Assembly: GCA_030765185.1 (NCBI GenBank)
Contig: JAVCDE010000003.1
Span: 38 to 64,037, forward strand
Origin: Candidatus Aceula meridiana
GTDB lineage: Bacteria; Omnitrophota; Gorgyraeia; Zapsychrales; Aceulaceae
Length of the DNA: 64,000 nt
Direction: 5' to 3'
The notes under the pieces are model-generated. The model saw nothing but the letters and a program-made list of their open reading frames with translations. It had not been told where the DNA came from and did no database searches. Numbering within the stretch: position 1 is the stretch's first letter; each line of letters starts with the position of its first letter. Made by a program: the position numbers and the translations under genes. Of this stretch, positions 39,163 through 48,633 are shown piece after piece.

Positions 39163-40964
39163 TAAAATTAAAATATTTATTCTTTATTTTTCTTGTTATT
39201 TTGTTTGCCTTTGCATCCTATCTGCCTGCGGCTTCAGCAGAAGGAAATCGAGGGTTTCTTTATAGTGCTGACGTGAGCACTGACGTGGCTAGTGATGCCG
39301 AGATGGCTAGCGATGTCGAGATGGCTAGTGATGCCGACGTGGCTAGCGATGTCGAGATGGCTAGTGATGTCGAGATGGCTAGTGATGCTGATGCGGTTGG
39401 CGATGCTGACACGGTTAGCAATACTGACGCGGTCGGCGATGTTGAGGCGTTGACTGCTTCTATCTTAGCGGAACGCGATACTGTTCAAGAAATTCAGGCT
39501 GCTTCTTTAAGCGAAGAATATTTAAGGCGAGGAGAAGAAGAAGCTAACAAGCTTGCCATGGAGAGGGTTTCCAAAGAGCCTCAATCAAGGGGGGAAGAGC
39601 TTCCCGTTAAGCAAGCTTTTTGGCAAGAGGCAAAAGTAGAAGTTCCTTTAGAAGAAGAGCTTCAGGAAGATGTCCTTGAGGTGGAAGATTTAGACGAGTG
39701 GGCAGAAGAAGAAGGTGTTCAAGCGCAGGAGCCTGCTGAAGAAGTTGCTGAAGCCGTTGTTGAAGCTGCTCCTCTTAAAAAGGAAGCTCTTTTTGATTTT
39801 ATCGCAGAAAATTCTGAAGAGAGAATTTCATTAGATTTTGATAATATAACTTTAGAGGAGGCGCTTCGGGTAGTAGGCGAAGGAAGCAATATTAATATCG
39901 TTGTTGACCCCTTGGTAAGAGATAAGAAAATTACTCTTCATTTAAAGGATGTTACAGTTCCTGAAGCTTTAAAATTGGTTTTTCAGTCCTATGATTTATC
40001 TTTTTCAAAGACAGGAAATTCGATGTTTGTTTCCACTAAAGATAAAATTATTTCTATGGCATCAATCAATAAGGTTATTCGATTAAAGAATATTAATGCT
40101 GATGATGCTCAAAAACTTGTTAAGGATTTAGCTCAATCTGTTACTGCTGACAAAGGAATTAATGCTTTAGTGATTACTGGAACTGAAGCCCAGGTTGCAG
40201 AGATCGAGCGTATTTTAGCAGAAATTGATGTGTCTCGCAGACAGGTTTTATTGGTTACACAAATTTTAGAGATTGATAAAGATTCTTTGGAGGAACTCGG
40301 TGTGGATTGGTCGGATGAACTTGCATTTTCATTCCAAGAATCTAGATTTGACCCTGATATTGTTGGAACAACGGTCACAGACCCCTTGGATGCTTTTAAC
40401 ATCTATCGCTTCGGCAGAACGCCTATGCAGCTTTCGGCAACAATTAAGATGTTGATTCAAAACAATAAGGCAAAAATTCTTTCAAATCCGAAGATTGCAA
40501 CTATTAGCGGCGAAGAGGCTAGTATTTTTATAGGGGATAGAGTTCCCTACGAGGTGACAAGAATTTCTGGTGGGGTTTCCAATACTGAAGTCGAGTTTGT
40601 TGAAGCTGGCATTCGCTTAAATATTCTTCCTTCAATTATTGAAGAGGACTATGTGGTCGTTAGTGTAAGACCTGAAGTGAGCTTTATCCATTCTTGGCGC
40701 GGAGAAAATGATCAGTATCCATGGGTAAGAACCCGTGAAGCCTCTGCAAGTGTTAAGGTTAAAAATGGAGAGCCTTTTGTTGTGGGTGGCTTAATAAGTG
40801 AAGAAGAAAAAGAAAATATTTACAAAATTCCTGTGTTGGGAGATATTCCATTCTTGGGGGCGCTTTTTCGATACAAGAACACAACGGTAGATAATAAAGA
40901 AATTATTATCACGGTTATTCCACAAATCATGATGGAAGAGCCTCTAACTGCATCAAATATATAG
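39159..40964 (+). CDS. pilQ: Type IV pilus secretin PilQ with N-terminal acidic hexapeptide repeat region
   Basis: Signal peptide; (ASDVEM)-like repeats; C-terminal secretin domain (ILSNPKIATISGEEASIFIGDRVPY ... PVLGDIPFLGALFRYKNT). Confidence 0.85.
   Translation: MIKLKYLFFIFLVILFAFASYLPAASAEGNRGFLYSADVSTDVASDAEMASDVEMASDADVASDVEMASDVEMASDADAVGDADTVSNTDAVGDVEALTASILAERDTVQEIQAASLSEEYLRRGEEEANKLAMERVSKEPQSRGEELPVKQAFWQEAKVEVPLEEELQEDVLEVEDLDEWAEEEGVQAQEPAEEVAEAVVEAAPLKKEALFDFIAENSEERISLDFDNITLEEALRVVGEGSNINIVVDPLVRDKKITLHLKDVTVPEALKLVFQSYDLSFSKTGNSMFVSTKDKIISMASINKVIRLKNINADDAQKLVKDLAQSVTADKGINALVITGTEAQVAEIERILAEIDVSRRQVLLVTQILEIDKDSLEELGVDWSDELAFSFQESRFDPDIVGTTVTDPLDAFNIYRFGRTPMQLSATIKMLIQNNKAKILSNPKIATISGEEASIFIGDRVPYEVTRISGGVSNTEVEFVEAGIRLNILPSIIEEDYVVVSVRPEVSFIHSWRGENDQYPWVRTREASASVKVKNGEPFVVGGLISEEEKENIYKIPVLGDIPFLGALFRYKNTTVDNKEIIITVIPQIMMEEPLTASNI
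39288..39449 (+). repeat. Nine tandem 18-bp repeats (consensus GCTAGTGATGTCGAGATG) inside pilQ, encoding (A/V)(S/G)D(A/V)(E/D)(M/V/A)
   Basis: Read directly; additional degenerate copies lie upstream at 39265-39287. Confidence 0.8.
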
Positions 40965-41058
40965 ACTTAAGCGAGTTTCCTTGAGCTTCCCACCGCCTTG
41001 CTATCGGTATATATATAGTGTATACTTTTAATAACATTTTTATATTTTGGGGGTTTTT

Positions 41059-43284
41059 ATGTCAAGGCAGATATCTTCCGTATATAACAAAAAAGCTTTT
41101 ACCCTTGTCGAAGTTCTCATCAGCATTGTAATTTTATCAGTCACCTTAACGGCTACTTATTTTTCTTTTTCTGCGCTATCGAAGCAAGAAGTACTTTCCC
41201 GTGATCTTCTTACCGCAAAAAATATTTTAACTTCTGAATTTGAAAAAGTTAAGCAAAGAACTTTAAACGAAGAAAACTATTTTGATCAAATCGATGACGA
41301 GACTATGGACGGATCGCTAAGTCCTGTTGATGCTGCAGGGTATCCTGCAGGTTTTTTTCAGGAGAAAAAAGTTTTTTTAGGAGTTAATGGCGATCTTAAG
41401 AAATTTTTTATTGAAGTCCAGTGGACAGAAAGAGGAAAAAATCATTTGATTAATAATGCGTTTTATTTGGCGCTGCCACCATATGCTCTTCCCGGAAACA
41501 TTGCGGGAACTATTACAGCAGGGACAGTAGAGCAGTGTGCCGCAGACCAAGGCTCTTCTCTTTCTGATTCTGATGTCCAGATTCTCCAAGGAGGCGGCTT
41601 TGAAAATAGTTTTGTTAACACTGATGCAAGCGGATATTATGATTTTAGTTCCTTAGCAGAAGGGTCTTTTATTTTACCTCGTGGAAATGACTATCGTCTA
41701 CAAGTCTCTAAAACAGGGTACACAATTTATCGAACGCCGCAAGATAGTCTTATTACAGTTAATGCTGGCGAAGAAACAATCCAGAATGCTTGCCTTACAC
41801 CGGCAGGAAGTGCAACAATTAAAGGATCCGTTGAGGATACTTTGGGGAACCAAATTCTTAATCAAGCTGTTTCCTTGTATCAGGATGGGGAATTTGTTCA
41901 AACAGTTTTTAATGGGGTCAATGGATTTTCTTTTAACGTTCCGATTGAAGAACCAAGTGGAGAGAGTTTTTCCTTGATTACAAGTGGCGAAATAGATAAT
42001 ATTACTAATTCGGGCTTTCCTTTTCAACGAGTTAACGGGGATGAATTTTGTGGGCTTATGTGCCCGGCGATGCCAGGGTGGGATTTTAACTATAGTTATC
42101 GGGGATGGTCATCTGCCGTGTCTTTAAATGAAACCTACACTCTTGGTTCGGGATATATTACTACGGAGTGTTCGAATCCTTGGGTCGGCAGTGAGGACGC
42201 AGACCGCATTTTTGTGCAGCCAGGAGATACAGAAGATCTTGAGAGCATTATCCTTGATCACGTCCCAACAACAACAGTAGCAGGTTTTGTAAGAGAGGGT
42301 AGCTCAAGTGGTCCTGGGGTTGCAGGGGCAGCAATTAGCGGTCGGTGGTGGTGGAATGTTAATCTTTATGATAGCGATACGACAGAGGCAGATGGTTCTT
42401 ATGAACTTGATACTCCAGCGATTCAAGAGCTTTTTCCAGACACTTATTCGTATCATTACAAGATGTCTGTCGAGGCTCCTGTGCCAGAGCCGAATTGTTG
42501 TGATGAAGTAACTCAAACGCAAACTGCGGCTTCAAATTTTAGGCCTCTTTATAAAAATCAAACGGCCAATAAAGATTTTGTTTTTTCAATCGGTGTGCCA
42601 CCTGAATGCGGCGACCTTGGAGGATATGTCCGAGACTCGCAAACAGGTATTAACCTTCAAGGGGCCTCGGTATACGTGTCAGGAGAGGGGCAGGAAAGTA
42701 CTGGAGGAGGAAATGATTTAGGAAAATATCGGTTTGCTTGCGAAAGCTCCCCTAATCCTCCACCGTATTGCCTTGAAGCGAGCGCCAATAGCCGAGGTTA
42801 TCAGGTTTCAAAGAGCGGCTATTATTCTTTGAGAACCTGGTCTGGGTCTTGGCCGTATGTGGGCCTTAATGAATTGATTATCCCGGCCAATCAGGTGACA
42901 ACGGCAGATTTTAGCATTTTAAGGCTCGGCAAGGGTTCTGCCGATGGAACAGTTGTTGATTCTGCGACAAAAGATCCCATCGAGGGGGCGATTGTTCACG
43001 TCTACAGATATTCTGATGATTCTATTACAAAAGTTAGCCAGACTCCAAGCAGCGGATTTTTTAATATTAATAATATTTATGAAAGCTGGCCTAAGCAGGA
43101 GTGGTTTAATGCGGGATGGAATGTACCGCCACAATTTGATCCAGCGCTAGAGCGACATAGAGTTGTTGTTTCAAAAGAAGACTATGAGAGCAAAGAAATT
43201 CTTGATGTCATTATCATTGATGGGCAAACAACGCATTTAGGGACTATCGAACTAGACCCTGTAAGCGTTGGAGGTGGTGTGTAA
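41059..43284 (+). CDS. Large (742 aa) pilin-like protein: N-terminal prepilin-type hydrophobic domain with Ala at the -1 position, followed by beta-rich carboxypeptidase-regulatory-like/adhesin-like domains
   Basis: MSRQISSVYNKKA|FTLVEVLISIVIL (Glu5 present; Ala rather than Gly before Phe1); repeated GYY...G motifs in a Gly/Ser/Thr-rich body. Confidence 0.6.
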   Translation: MSRQISSVYNKKAFTLVEVLISIVILSVTLTATYFSFSALSKQEVLSRDLLTAKNILTSEFEKVKQRTLNEENYFDQIDDETMDGSLSPVDAAGYPAGFFQEKKVFLGVNGDLKKFFIEVQWTERGKNHLINNAFYLALPPYALPGNIAGTITAGTVEQCAADQGSSLSDSDVQILQGGGFENSFVNTDASGYYDFSSLAEGSFILPRGNDYRLQVSKTGYTIYRTPQDSLITVNAGEETIQNACLTPAGSATIKGSVEDTLGNQILNQAVSLYQDGEFVQTVFNGVNGFSFNVPIEEPSGESFSLITSGEIDNITNSGFPFQRVNGDEFCGLMCPAMPGWDFNYSYRGWSSAVSLNETYTLGSGYITTECSNPWVGSEDADRIFVQPGDTEDLESIILDHVPTTTVAGFVREGSSSGPGVAGAAISGRWWWNVNLYDSDTTEADGSYELDTPAIQELFPDTYSYHYKMSVEAPVPEPNCCDEVTQTQTAASNFRPLYKNQTANKDFVFSIGVPPECGDLGGYVRDSQTGINLQGASVYVSGEGQESTGGGNDLGKYRFACESSPNPPPYCLEASANSRGYQVSKSGYYSLRTWSGSWPYVGLNELIIPANQVTTADFSILRLGKGSADGTVVDSATKDPIEGAIVHVYRYSDDSITKVSQTPSSGFFNINNIYESWPKQEWFNAGWNVPPQFDPALERHRVVVSKEDYESKEILDVIIIDGQTTHLGTIELDPVSVGGGV

Positions 43285-43288
43285 AAGA

Positions 43289-43774
43289 ATGAAAAAACAA
43301 AAGGGACATACTTTAATCGAAATGCTTTTTGTGGTCACGTTAGTTGGTATTGGTATGGTTTTGTTTTCAGCAGTCTTTTTTTCAGGCTGGATAAATTATG
43401 AGGTTAATCTAACGCGGCTTAATCTTCAGGCTCAACTCGACAGCGCTTTAACAATGCTAGAAGAAGATGTCTTAGAAGCAGAGGATTTTCCAACGATTAG
43501 CGGAACAACCAGTATTTTACTTAAGTATCCTAATAGTCCAAATTTTTTAGTTCAACAAAGAACATATCAAATTGATGTTGATGGGAGTCTTATTCGGATT
43601 TCCGGTGCTTCTAGCGAAGTTTTAATTAATCAGCTTTTAGACACAGGAAAATCTCAGTTTTATCAAGATAGTCAAGTAAATAATGTGTTGGTTTGTGATT
43701 TGACATTACAAGAGAGAACCTTTGGCCATCTCGTTGTTGCCAACGGGCAAAAAAAGATTGCAGTAAGAAATTAA
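43289..43774 (+). CDS. Minor pseudopilin (prepilin-type N-terminal cleavage/methylation domain; GspH/FimT-like)
   Basis: MKKQKG|HTLIEMLFVVTLVGIGMVLF. Confidence 0.7.
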   Translation: MKKQKGHTLIEMLFVVTLVGIGMVLFSAVFFSGWINYEVNLTRLNLQAQLDSALTMLEEDVLEAEDFPTISGTTSILLKYPNSPNFLVQQRTYQIDVDGSLIRISGASSEVLINQLLDTGKSQFYQDSQVNNVLVCDLTLQERTFGHLVVANGQKKIAVRN

Positions 43775-43788
43775 TAGGAGCTTTTTTG

Positions 43789-45084
43789 ATGAAAATTCAT
43801 CGTATATGTAAAGAAAAAAAAGGTTTCACCCTTGTTGCAAGCATCATGGTATCTTTGGTTTTAGGAATTATCATGATGGTTTCTTTTATCCGTGCTGCAT
43901 CTCACATGGGTTTTCTTCGTTCGAGCCAAGATGGCAAAGATGCTCTTTGTGCGGCATTTGTTGGTCTTGAAAACGCCTTGAACCAGTTAAGAACTGACAT
44001 TGACTGGGTTGGAAACCCAGTCGGGACTTTTATTCCGATTGATGAAACCGTTGACGAGAATGTTAAGAATTTTGGAGATTATAATGTTTGGATTGATGTT
44101 GCCGGTACGACATATTCCCCAAATGGCGTATGGAGGCTTATTCCTGCAATTATTACAGGACGCAATTCAATTCAGAATTCAACCCACACAGCAATCAGGC
44201 AGTTAAGTGTTTTGATTAAAGCACAATCCCCTGCAGCTTTTTTTATATCAAGCTTGTCACCTTTAACGATTCAAGCAGGGGCGGATATCGGGTCCAATGT
44301 TTTGGGGCTTGATATTGCCTTTGGCGCAGCGACGGAAGAACACCCGATTAATATTAACAATGGTGGAAATGCCATTTATTTAAGAAATCTTTCCGGAGAA
44401 GATAATCCTAATATTCATTTTAACGGTGATCCTGCAGGAGAAATTAGGCAAAGCGAGCCAATTACCTTTGTCGGGATTGATAAAGACCGGTATATTGATA
44501 ATGCCCAGAATGGTGGTGGATATTATCATCAGGGGGGAGGCACTTTAGTTATTGACAATGCTGTTTTAGATAGAAATAATTATCTTTTTTCAGGTATAGA
44601 TAACGCTGAAAATGGTTTTGTGTATGCTGATGGAGATGTTGAGATTTCTGTCCAGGAAGTCTTAGATCCTATGGTTATTGTCGCTGGCGGGAATATTTAT
44701 ATCACAGGAGATATTAAATATGATAATATTTCTGATCCCTTTCTTGGGGACCAATTGATGCAGTTAGGGTTGTTTGCTAAAGGTGATATTATTATTGAAA
44801 ACCCAGGAGGAGGAGATAGGACTATTGAAGCTTTTCTTTCCTCAGAGGGAAATCTGAAAGCACTGGGGGACAGAAACGAAAACGGGGTGCTTGATTTTTA
44901 TGGGGCTATGGCGATACGCGGAAGGGACGATAATACGGGATCGGCTATTAATCTTTCAACCTTTCAAGACAGGAATTACCGCTACCACAGTGCGCTTCTT
45001 ACAAACAGTCAAATCGAAATGAACTATATGGCAGATGTTGTTGAATGGTCAATTATTGGCGATCCGGTAGACCTTGCCAACTAG
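43789..45084 (+). CDS. Large minor pilin, GspK/PilX-like (prepilin-type N-terminus lacking Glu5)
   Basis: MKIHRICKEKKG|FTLVASIMVSLVLGIIMM with Ala at +5; 431 aa. Confidence 0.5.
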   Translation: MKIHRICKEKKGFTLVASIMVSLVLGIIMMVSFIRAASHMGFLRSSQDGKDALCAAFVGLENALNQLRTDIDWVGNPVGTFIPIDETVDENVKNFGDYNVWIDVAGTTYSPNGVWRLIPAIITGRNSIQNSTHTAIRQLSVLIKAQSPAAFFISSLSPLTIQAGADIGSNVLGLDIAFGAATEEHPININNGGNAIYLRNLSGEDNPNIHFNGDPAGEIRQSEPITFVGIDKDRYIDNAQNGGGYYHQGGGTLVIDNAVLDRNNYLFSGIDNAENGFVYADGDVEISVQEVLDPMVIVAGGNIYITGDIKYDNISDPFLGDQLMQLGLFAKGDIIIENPGGGDRTIEAFLSSEGNLKALGDRNENGVLDFYGAMAIRGRDDNTGSAINLSTFQDRNYRYHSALLTNSQIEMNYMADVVEWSIIGDPVDLAN

Positions 45085-45216
45085 TTTTTTTAACTTAAAA
45101 TGTGAATTCTAGGAATTAGTGAATTAAAAAATTTTTTTATAATTCCATCCTCTTGACAAGTTGCAAGTTCATTTATATCAATTAGTTACATTCCAGCTTG
45201 TTAGAAAGCGCTTTCT

Positions 45217-45245
45217 TGACATCCCGATAGTCGTGTGCTATACTT
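45217..45245 (+). promoter_or_regulatory. Sigma70-type promoter (TTGACA-N17-TATACT) for cvpA
   Basis: Read in sequence; implies the ORF-track GTG start at 45235 is within the promoter and the true start is ATG 45286. Confidence 0.5.
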
Positions 45246-45285
45246 TGCCCAATCGCAAGCAATTTTACTTATATCATTTTATTTC

Positions 45286-45864
45286 ATGGCTTTAGAAATC
45301 ATTCATAAACTCAATTGGGTGGACCTTGTTATCGGCATTGTTTTAGTTCGGGCGATTTATATCGGATTAAAGCGTGGTTTTGTTGATGAAGTATTTCATC
45401 TAATCGCCGTTGTTGCAACAATTTTTATCACGTTTCATTATTATCCTGAGCTTTCACGCTTCTTAGAGGGCAGAGCATTTTTCAAGTCTGCAATGGCCAA
45501 CACCATTGCCTATCTTTTTTTATGGGGGATTGTTTCTCTCATTGCAAAACTTGTCCGGGATGGAATCCGCATCCTTTTTAAAATCGAAACTAAATCTTTA
45601 ATTAACAAGACTGGTGGGTTAATTGTCGCGCTTTGTCGAGCAGCATTAACCTGTAGCTTGGTAGTTTGGTTTTTATTTATAACAACCAACGAATATGCAG
45701 GGCGCACTGCGAATGCTTCATTCAGTGGGAAAAGATTTGCTCAGGTCGGCTCAGTGACCTATAAAAAGATTTTTACCGGTCTTGTCGAGAAGTATTTTCC
45801 AAGCGAGATAATCAATCAAGACGTTATTTTAAGTCGACGCGATTCTTTACGGCAAAAAAATTAA
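45286..45864 (+). CDS. cvpA: CvpA family membrane protein
   Basis: NWVDLVIGIVLVRAIYIGLKRGFVDEV N-terminal pattern and four TM helices. Confidence 0.7.
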   Translation: MALEIIHKLNWVDLVIGIVLVRAIYIGLKRGFVDEVFHLIAVVATIFITFHYYPELSRFLEGRAFFKSAMANTIAYLFLWGIVSLIAKLVRDGIRILFKIETKSLINKTGGLIVALCRAALTCSLVVWFLFITTNEYAGRTANASFSGKRFAQVGSVTYKKIFTGLVEKYFPSEIINQDVILSRRDSLRQKN

Positions 45865-45898
45865 TCTAAAAGAACGAATTTTTATCAAAGGATACATA

Positions 45899-46855
45899 TT
45901 GCAACTAAGCGACATCTATCAGTTTTGTGTTAAAGAGGGAATGGCTCAAGATTCTCGAACAAAAAAAGAAGTCGCAAAGAAAATTGTTTTAACCAAGGGG
46001 GCTTATCGAAAACTACCCTCGACTGAAAAAAAGTTTTTTGACAAAGAAAGCTTAAGAAATCCTTATGCGGATACGCGTATTTTATTCGGGGCTTCTAATA
46101 CGCCGGTCAAAAGAATTTTAGTCGGCATTGATATTGGTGTTGGCGAAGTTCTTTTAGCAGATCGCCTTTCGTCTAAGGGTAAGAAGATTGATCTGATTAT
46201 TTCGCACCATCCTTTAGGGGATGCATTGGCGGGTCTTTATGATGTCATGGATCTGCAGGCAGATTTGCTTACGAGATTAGGCATCGAAGAGAGCATTGCT
46301 AGCTCTCTTATGAAAAAACGTATTGGTGAGGTTGAGCGCAGCCTTCATTCATCTAATCACCAAAGGGTTGTAGACGCGGCGAAAAGTTTAGGAATTCCTT
46401 TGATGTGTTGTCATACCGCTGCCGACAATCATGTGGCAACGTATTTGCAGAAACGCATGGATAAGCAAAAACCGAAAACGCTTCAAAGGGTTGTTGATTT
46501 GCTTTTGAAAGAGCCAGAATACAAGCTAGCTGCGGCCAAGAAGGCCGGACCAAAAATTTTAGTTGGAAAGCCGACATGCAGCCCTAAGAAAATTGTTCTG
46601 GATATGACAGGCGGGACTGAGGGCTCTAAAGAAGTTTTTGCGCGTCTTTCGCAAGCAGGCGTTAAGACATTAATTGGCATGCATATGTCGGAGAATCACC
46701 TTAAGAAGGTGAAAGACGAGCACTTGCACGTCGTGATCGCCGGGCATATTGCTAGTGATAATTTAGGGCTGAATTTGCTTTTTGATAAGCTTATCAAAAA
46801 AGATAAAGGTTTAGAAATTTTAGAGTGTTCTGGTTTTAGAAGGGTCAAGCGCTAA
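45899..46855 (+). CDS. Nif3-like dinuclear metal centre protein (GTP cyclohydrolase I type 2 homolog/YqfO family)
   Basis: KRILVGIDIG...IDLIISHHPLG, ...CCHTAADNH..., ...AGHIASD motifs; position upstream of dnaG-rpoD as in Bacillus. Confidence 0.55.
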   Translation: MQLSDIYQFCVKEGMAQDSRTKKEVAKKIVLTKGAYRKLPSTEKKFFDKESLRNPYADTRILFGASNTPVKRILVGIDIGVGEVLLADRLSSKGKKIDLIISHHPLGDALAGLYDVMDLQADLLTRLGIEESIASSLMKKRIGEVERSLHSSNHQRVVDAAKSLGIPLMCCHTAADNHVATYLQKRMDKQKPKTLQRVVDLLLKEPEYKLAAAKKAGPKILVGKPTCSPKKIVLDMTGGTEGSKEVFARLSQAGVKTLIGMHMSENHLKKVKDEHLHVVIAGHIASDNLGLNLLFDKLIKKDKGLEILECSGFRRVKR

Positions 46856-48618
46856 TGGGGCTCATTCCTGAAGATGTCATTGCACAAGTTTTAGATAGGT
46901 CGGATATCACTGAGGTTGTATCAGAGTATCTACCGCTTAAAAAGGCTGGACGGAATTTTAAGGCGTGTTGTCCTTTTCATCATGAAAAAACGCCATCGTT
47001 CGTTGTCAATCGGGATAAACAGATTTTTCATTGTTTTGGCTGTGGGGCTGGTGGAAATGTTGTGAGTTTTGTCATGCAGCATGAGCATATGGATTTTCCA
47101 ACGGCTTTAAAAGTTTTGGCTCAAAAAGCGGGAATTGAGGTTCCAGATGCCTCGGATGAAAGAACACAAAAGACCAAGAGCCTCAAAGAGGCGTTGTTTC
47201 AAGCCAATGATTTAGCTGTCAACTTTTTTCATGACGCGCTTGTTTCGGGAGAAAAAGGAGCCAAAGCTGCTCAAGATTATTTAAAACAGCGTCGGGTAAA
47301 GCTTGAGACTGTCAAGGCATTGAAACTTGGATTTGCCCAGGATCAGTGGGAAGGGCTTATCACACATTTGCGAAATAAAAAGGTTAGTCTTTCTTTGATG
47401 GAAAAATCTGGCCTTGTTGTTGCGAAAGAAAAAGGCGAAGGATTTTACGACCGGTTTCGCGATAGAATTATTTTTCCAATCTTTGATGTACGCAACCGTT
47501 GCATTGGTTTTGGCGCACGCACGATGAGCAAGGATGTTTCTGCAAAGTATATTAATTCACCGGAGACTCTGGTTTATACCAAAGGACATCATCTTTATGG
47601 TTTGCATTTGGTGAAAAACGCTATTGTTCAAAAAGATGTTGCGGTCATTGTTGAAGGTTACATGGATTTTTTAATGCCTTACCAAGAAGGGTTTGAGCCG
47701 ATTGTTGCTTCTTTAGGGACTGCGTTAACAACAGAGCAGATTCGGCTTTTAAGACGCTATACAAAAAATGTTGTGATGCTCTTTGATTCAGATGCTGCCG
47801 GAGAATCGGCCATGATGCGTAGTCTGGACACGTTGATTGAGGAAGACATGAACGTTAAAGTCGCTGTTTTAGGTGATGGTCAAGATCCGGATTCTTTTGT
47901 GAGCAAGCACGGAGTTGTTGATTTTCAAAAGCGTATAGACGAGGCTCAAACATTATTTGATTATAAACTGCGCATTCTTACAAAGAAATATGACCGAACA
48001 AGTATCGAAGGTAGAGCTAGGATATCCGCTGAGATGCTTGAGACGATTGCTAAAGTGCGTAACCATATTTTAAAAGAGGGATACGTTCGAAAATTGGCGC
48101 AAGAGCTTTCAGTTTCAGAGCAGGCGTTAGTGCTCGAGATGGAAAAAACGTTTAAAGCTCCTGTTGCCGCAGAAGTGCCGATAAAGAAAAAGACCAGTGG
48201 TCCTGTGCGCATAGTCGAACGCAATCTATTAAGATTGTTACTTGAAGAGGGGGTAACGATTTCTTCAATTCAAGAAGAAGTTAAGATTTCTGATTTTCAG
48301 GATGATCAAGTGCGGCCGATCGTCGAGCAGATTTTTGATTTATCTAACGAGAAAGAGATTGTTAACGCGTCAAAACTTATTCAGTATTTTCATGACCAAG
48401 AGACAGTGAGTTTTCTTTCTGAGCTCATGGCTTCACCGCAGCCGGTGGCGGAGGATAAAGATGTTTTACGAAAAGATTATATTCATAGAATTAAGAGTGA
48501 TAGGCAAAAGCTCGAAAGAAGAACTTTGCGTGACGCAATTGAGGCCGCTGAGGCTAAAGGTGATGAAACGAAATTAAACGAGCTTAAAGAAAAATTTAAT
48601 CAATTAATCAAGAGTTAA
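46855..48618 (+). CDS. dnaG: DNA primase
   Basis: Zinc ribbon CPFHHEKTPSFVV...CFGCG; TOPRIM EGYMD...DSD. Confidence 0.95.
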   Translation: MGLIPEDVIAQVLDRSDITEVVSEYLPLKKAGRNFKACCPFHHEKTPSFVVNRDKQIFHCFGCGAGGNVVSFVMQHEHMDFPTALKVLAQKAGIEVPDASDERTQKTKSLKEALFQANDLAVNFFHDALVSGEKGAKAAQDYLKQRRVKLETVKALKLGFAQDQWEGLITHLRNKKVSLSLMEKSGLVVAKEKGEGFYDRFRDRIIFPIFDVRNRCIGFGARTMSKDVSAKYINSPETLVYTKGHHLYGLHLVKNAIVQKDVAVIVEGYMDFLMPYQEGFEPIVASLGTALTTEQIRLLRRYTKNVVMLFDSDAAGESAMMRSLDTLIEEDMNVKVAVLGDGQDPDSFVSKHGVVDFQKRIDEAQTLFDYKLRILTKKYDRTSIEGRARISAEMLETIAKVRNHILKEGYVRKLAQELSVSEQALVLEMEKTFKAPVAAEVPIKKKTSGPVRIVERNLLRLLLEEGVTISSIQEEVKISDFQDDQVRPIVEQIFDLSNEKEIVNASKLIQYFHDQETVSFLSELMASPQPVAEDKDVLRKDYIHRIKSDRQKLERRTLRDAIEAAEAKGDETKLNELKEKFNQLIKS

Positions 48619-48633
48619 GTAAACGGGGAGAGA

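Noticed and set aside
39288-39449. Tandem 18-bp repeat array considered as a possible CRISPR or minisatellite
   Set aside because: The repeats are contiguous without spacers. They are in-frame inside pilQ and encode a hexapeptide repeat, so they are a coding tandem repeat.
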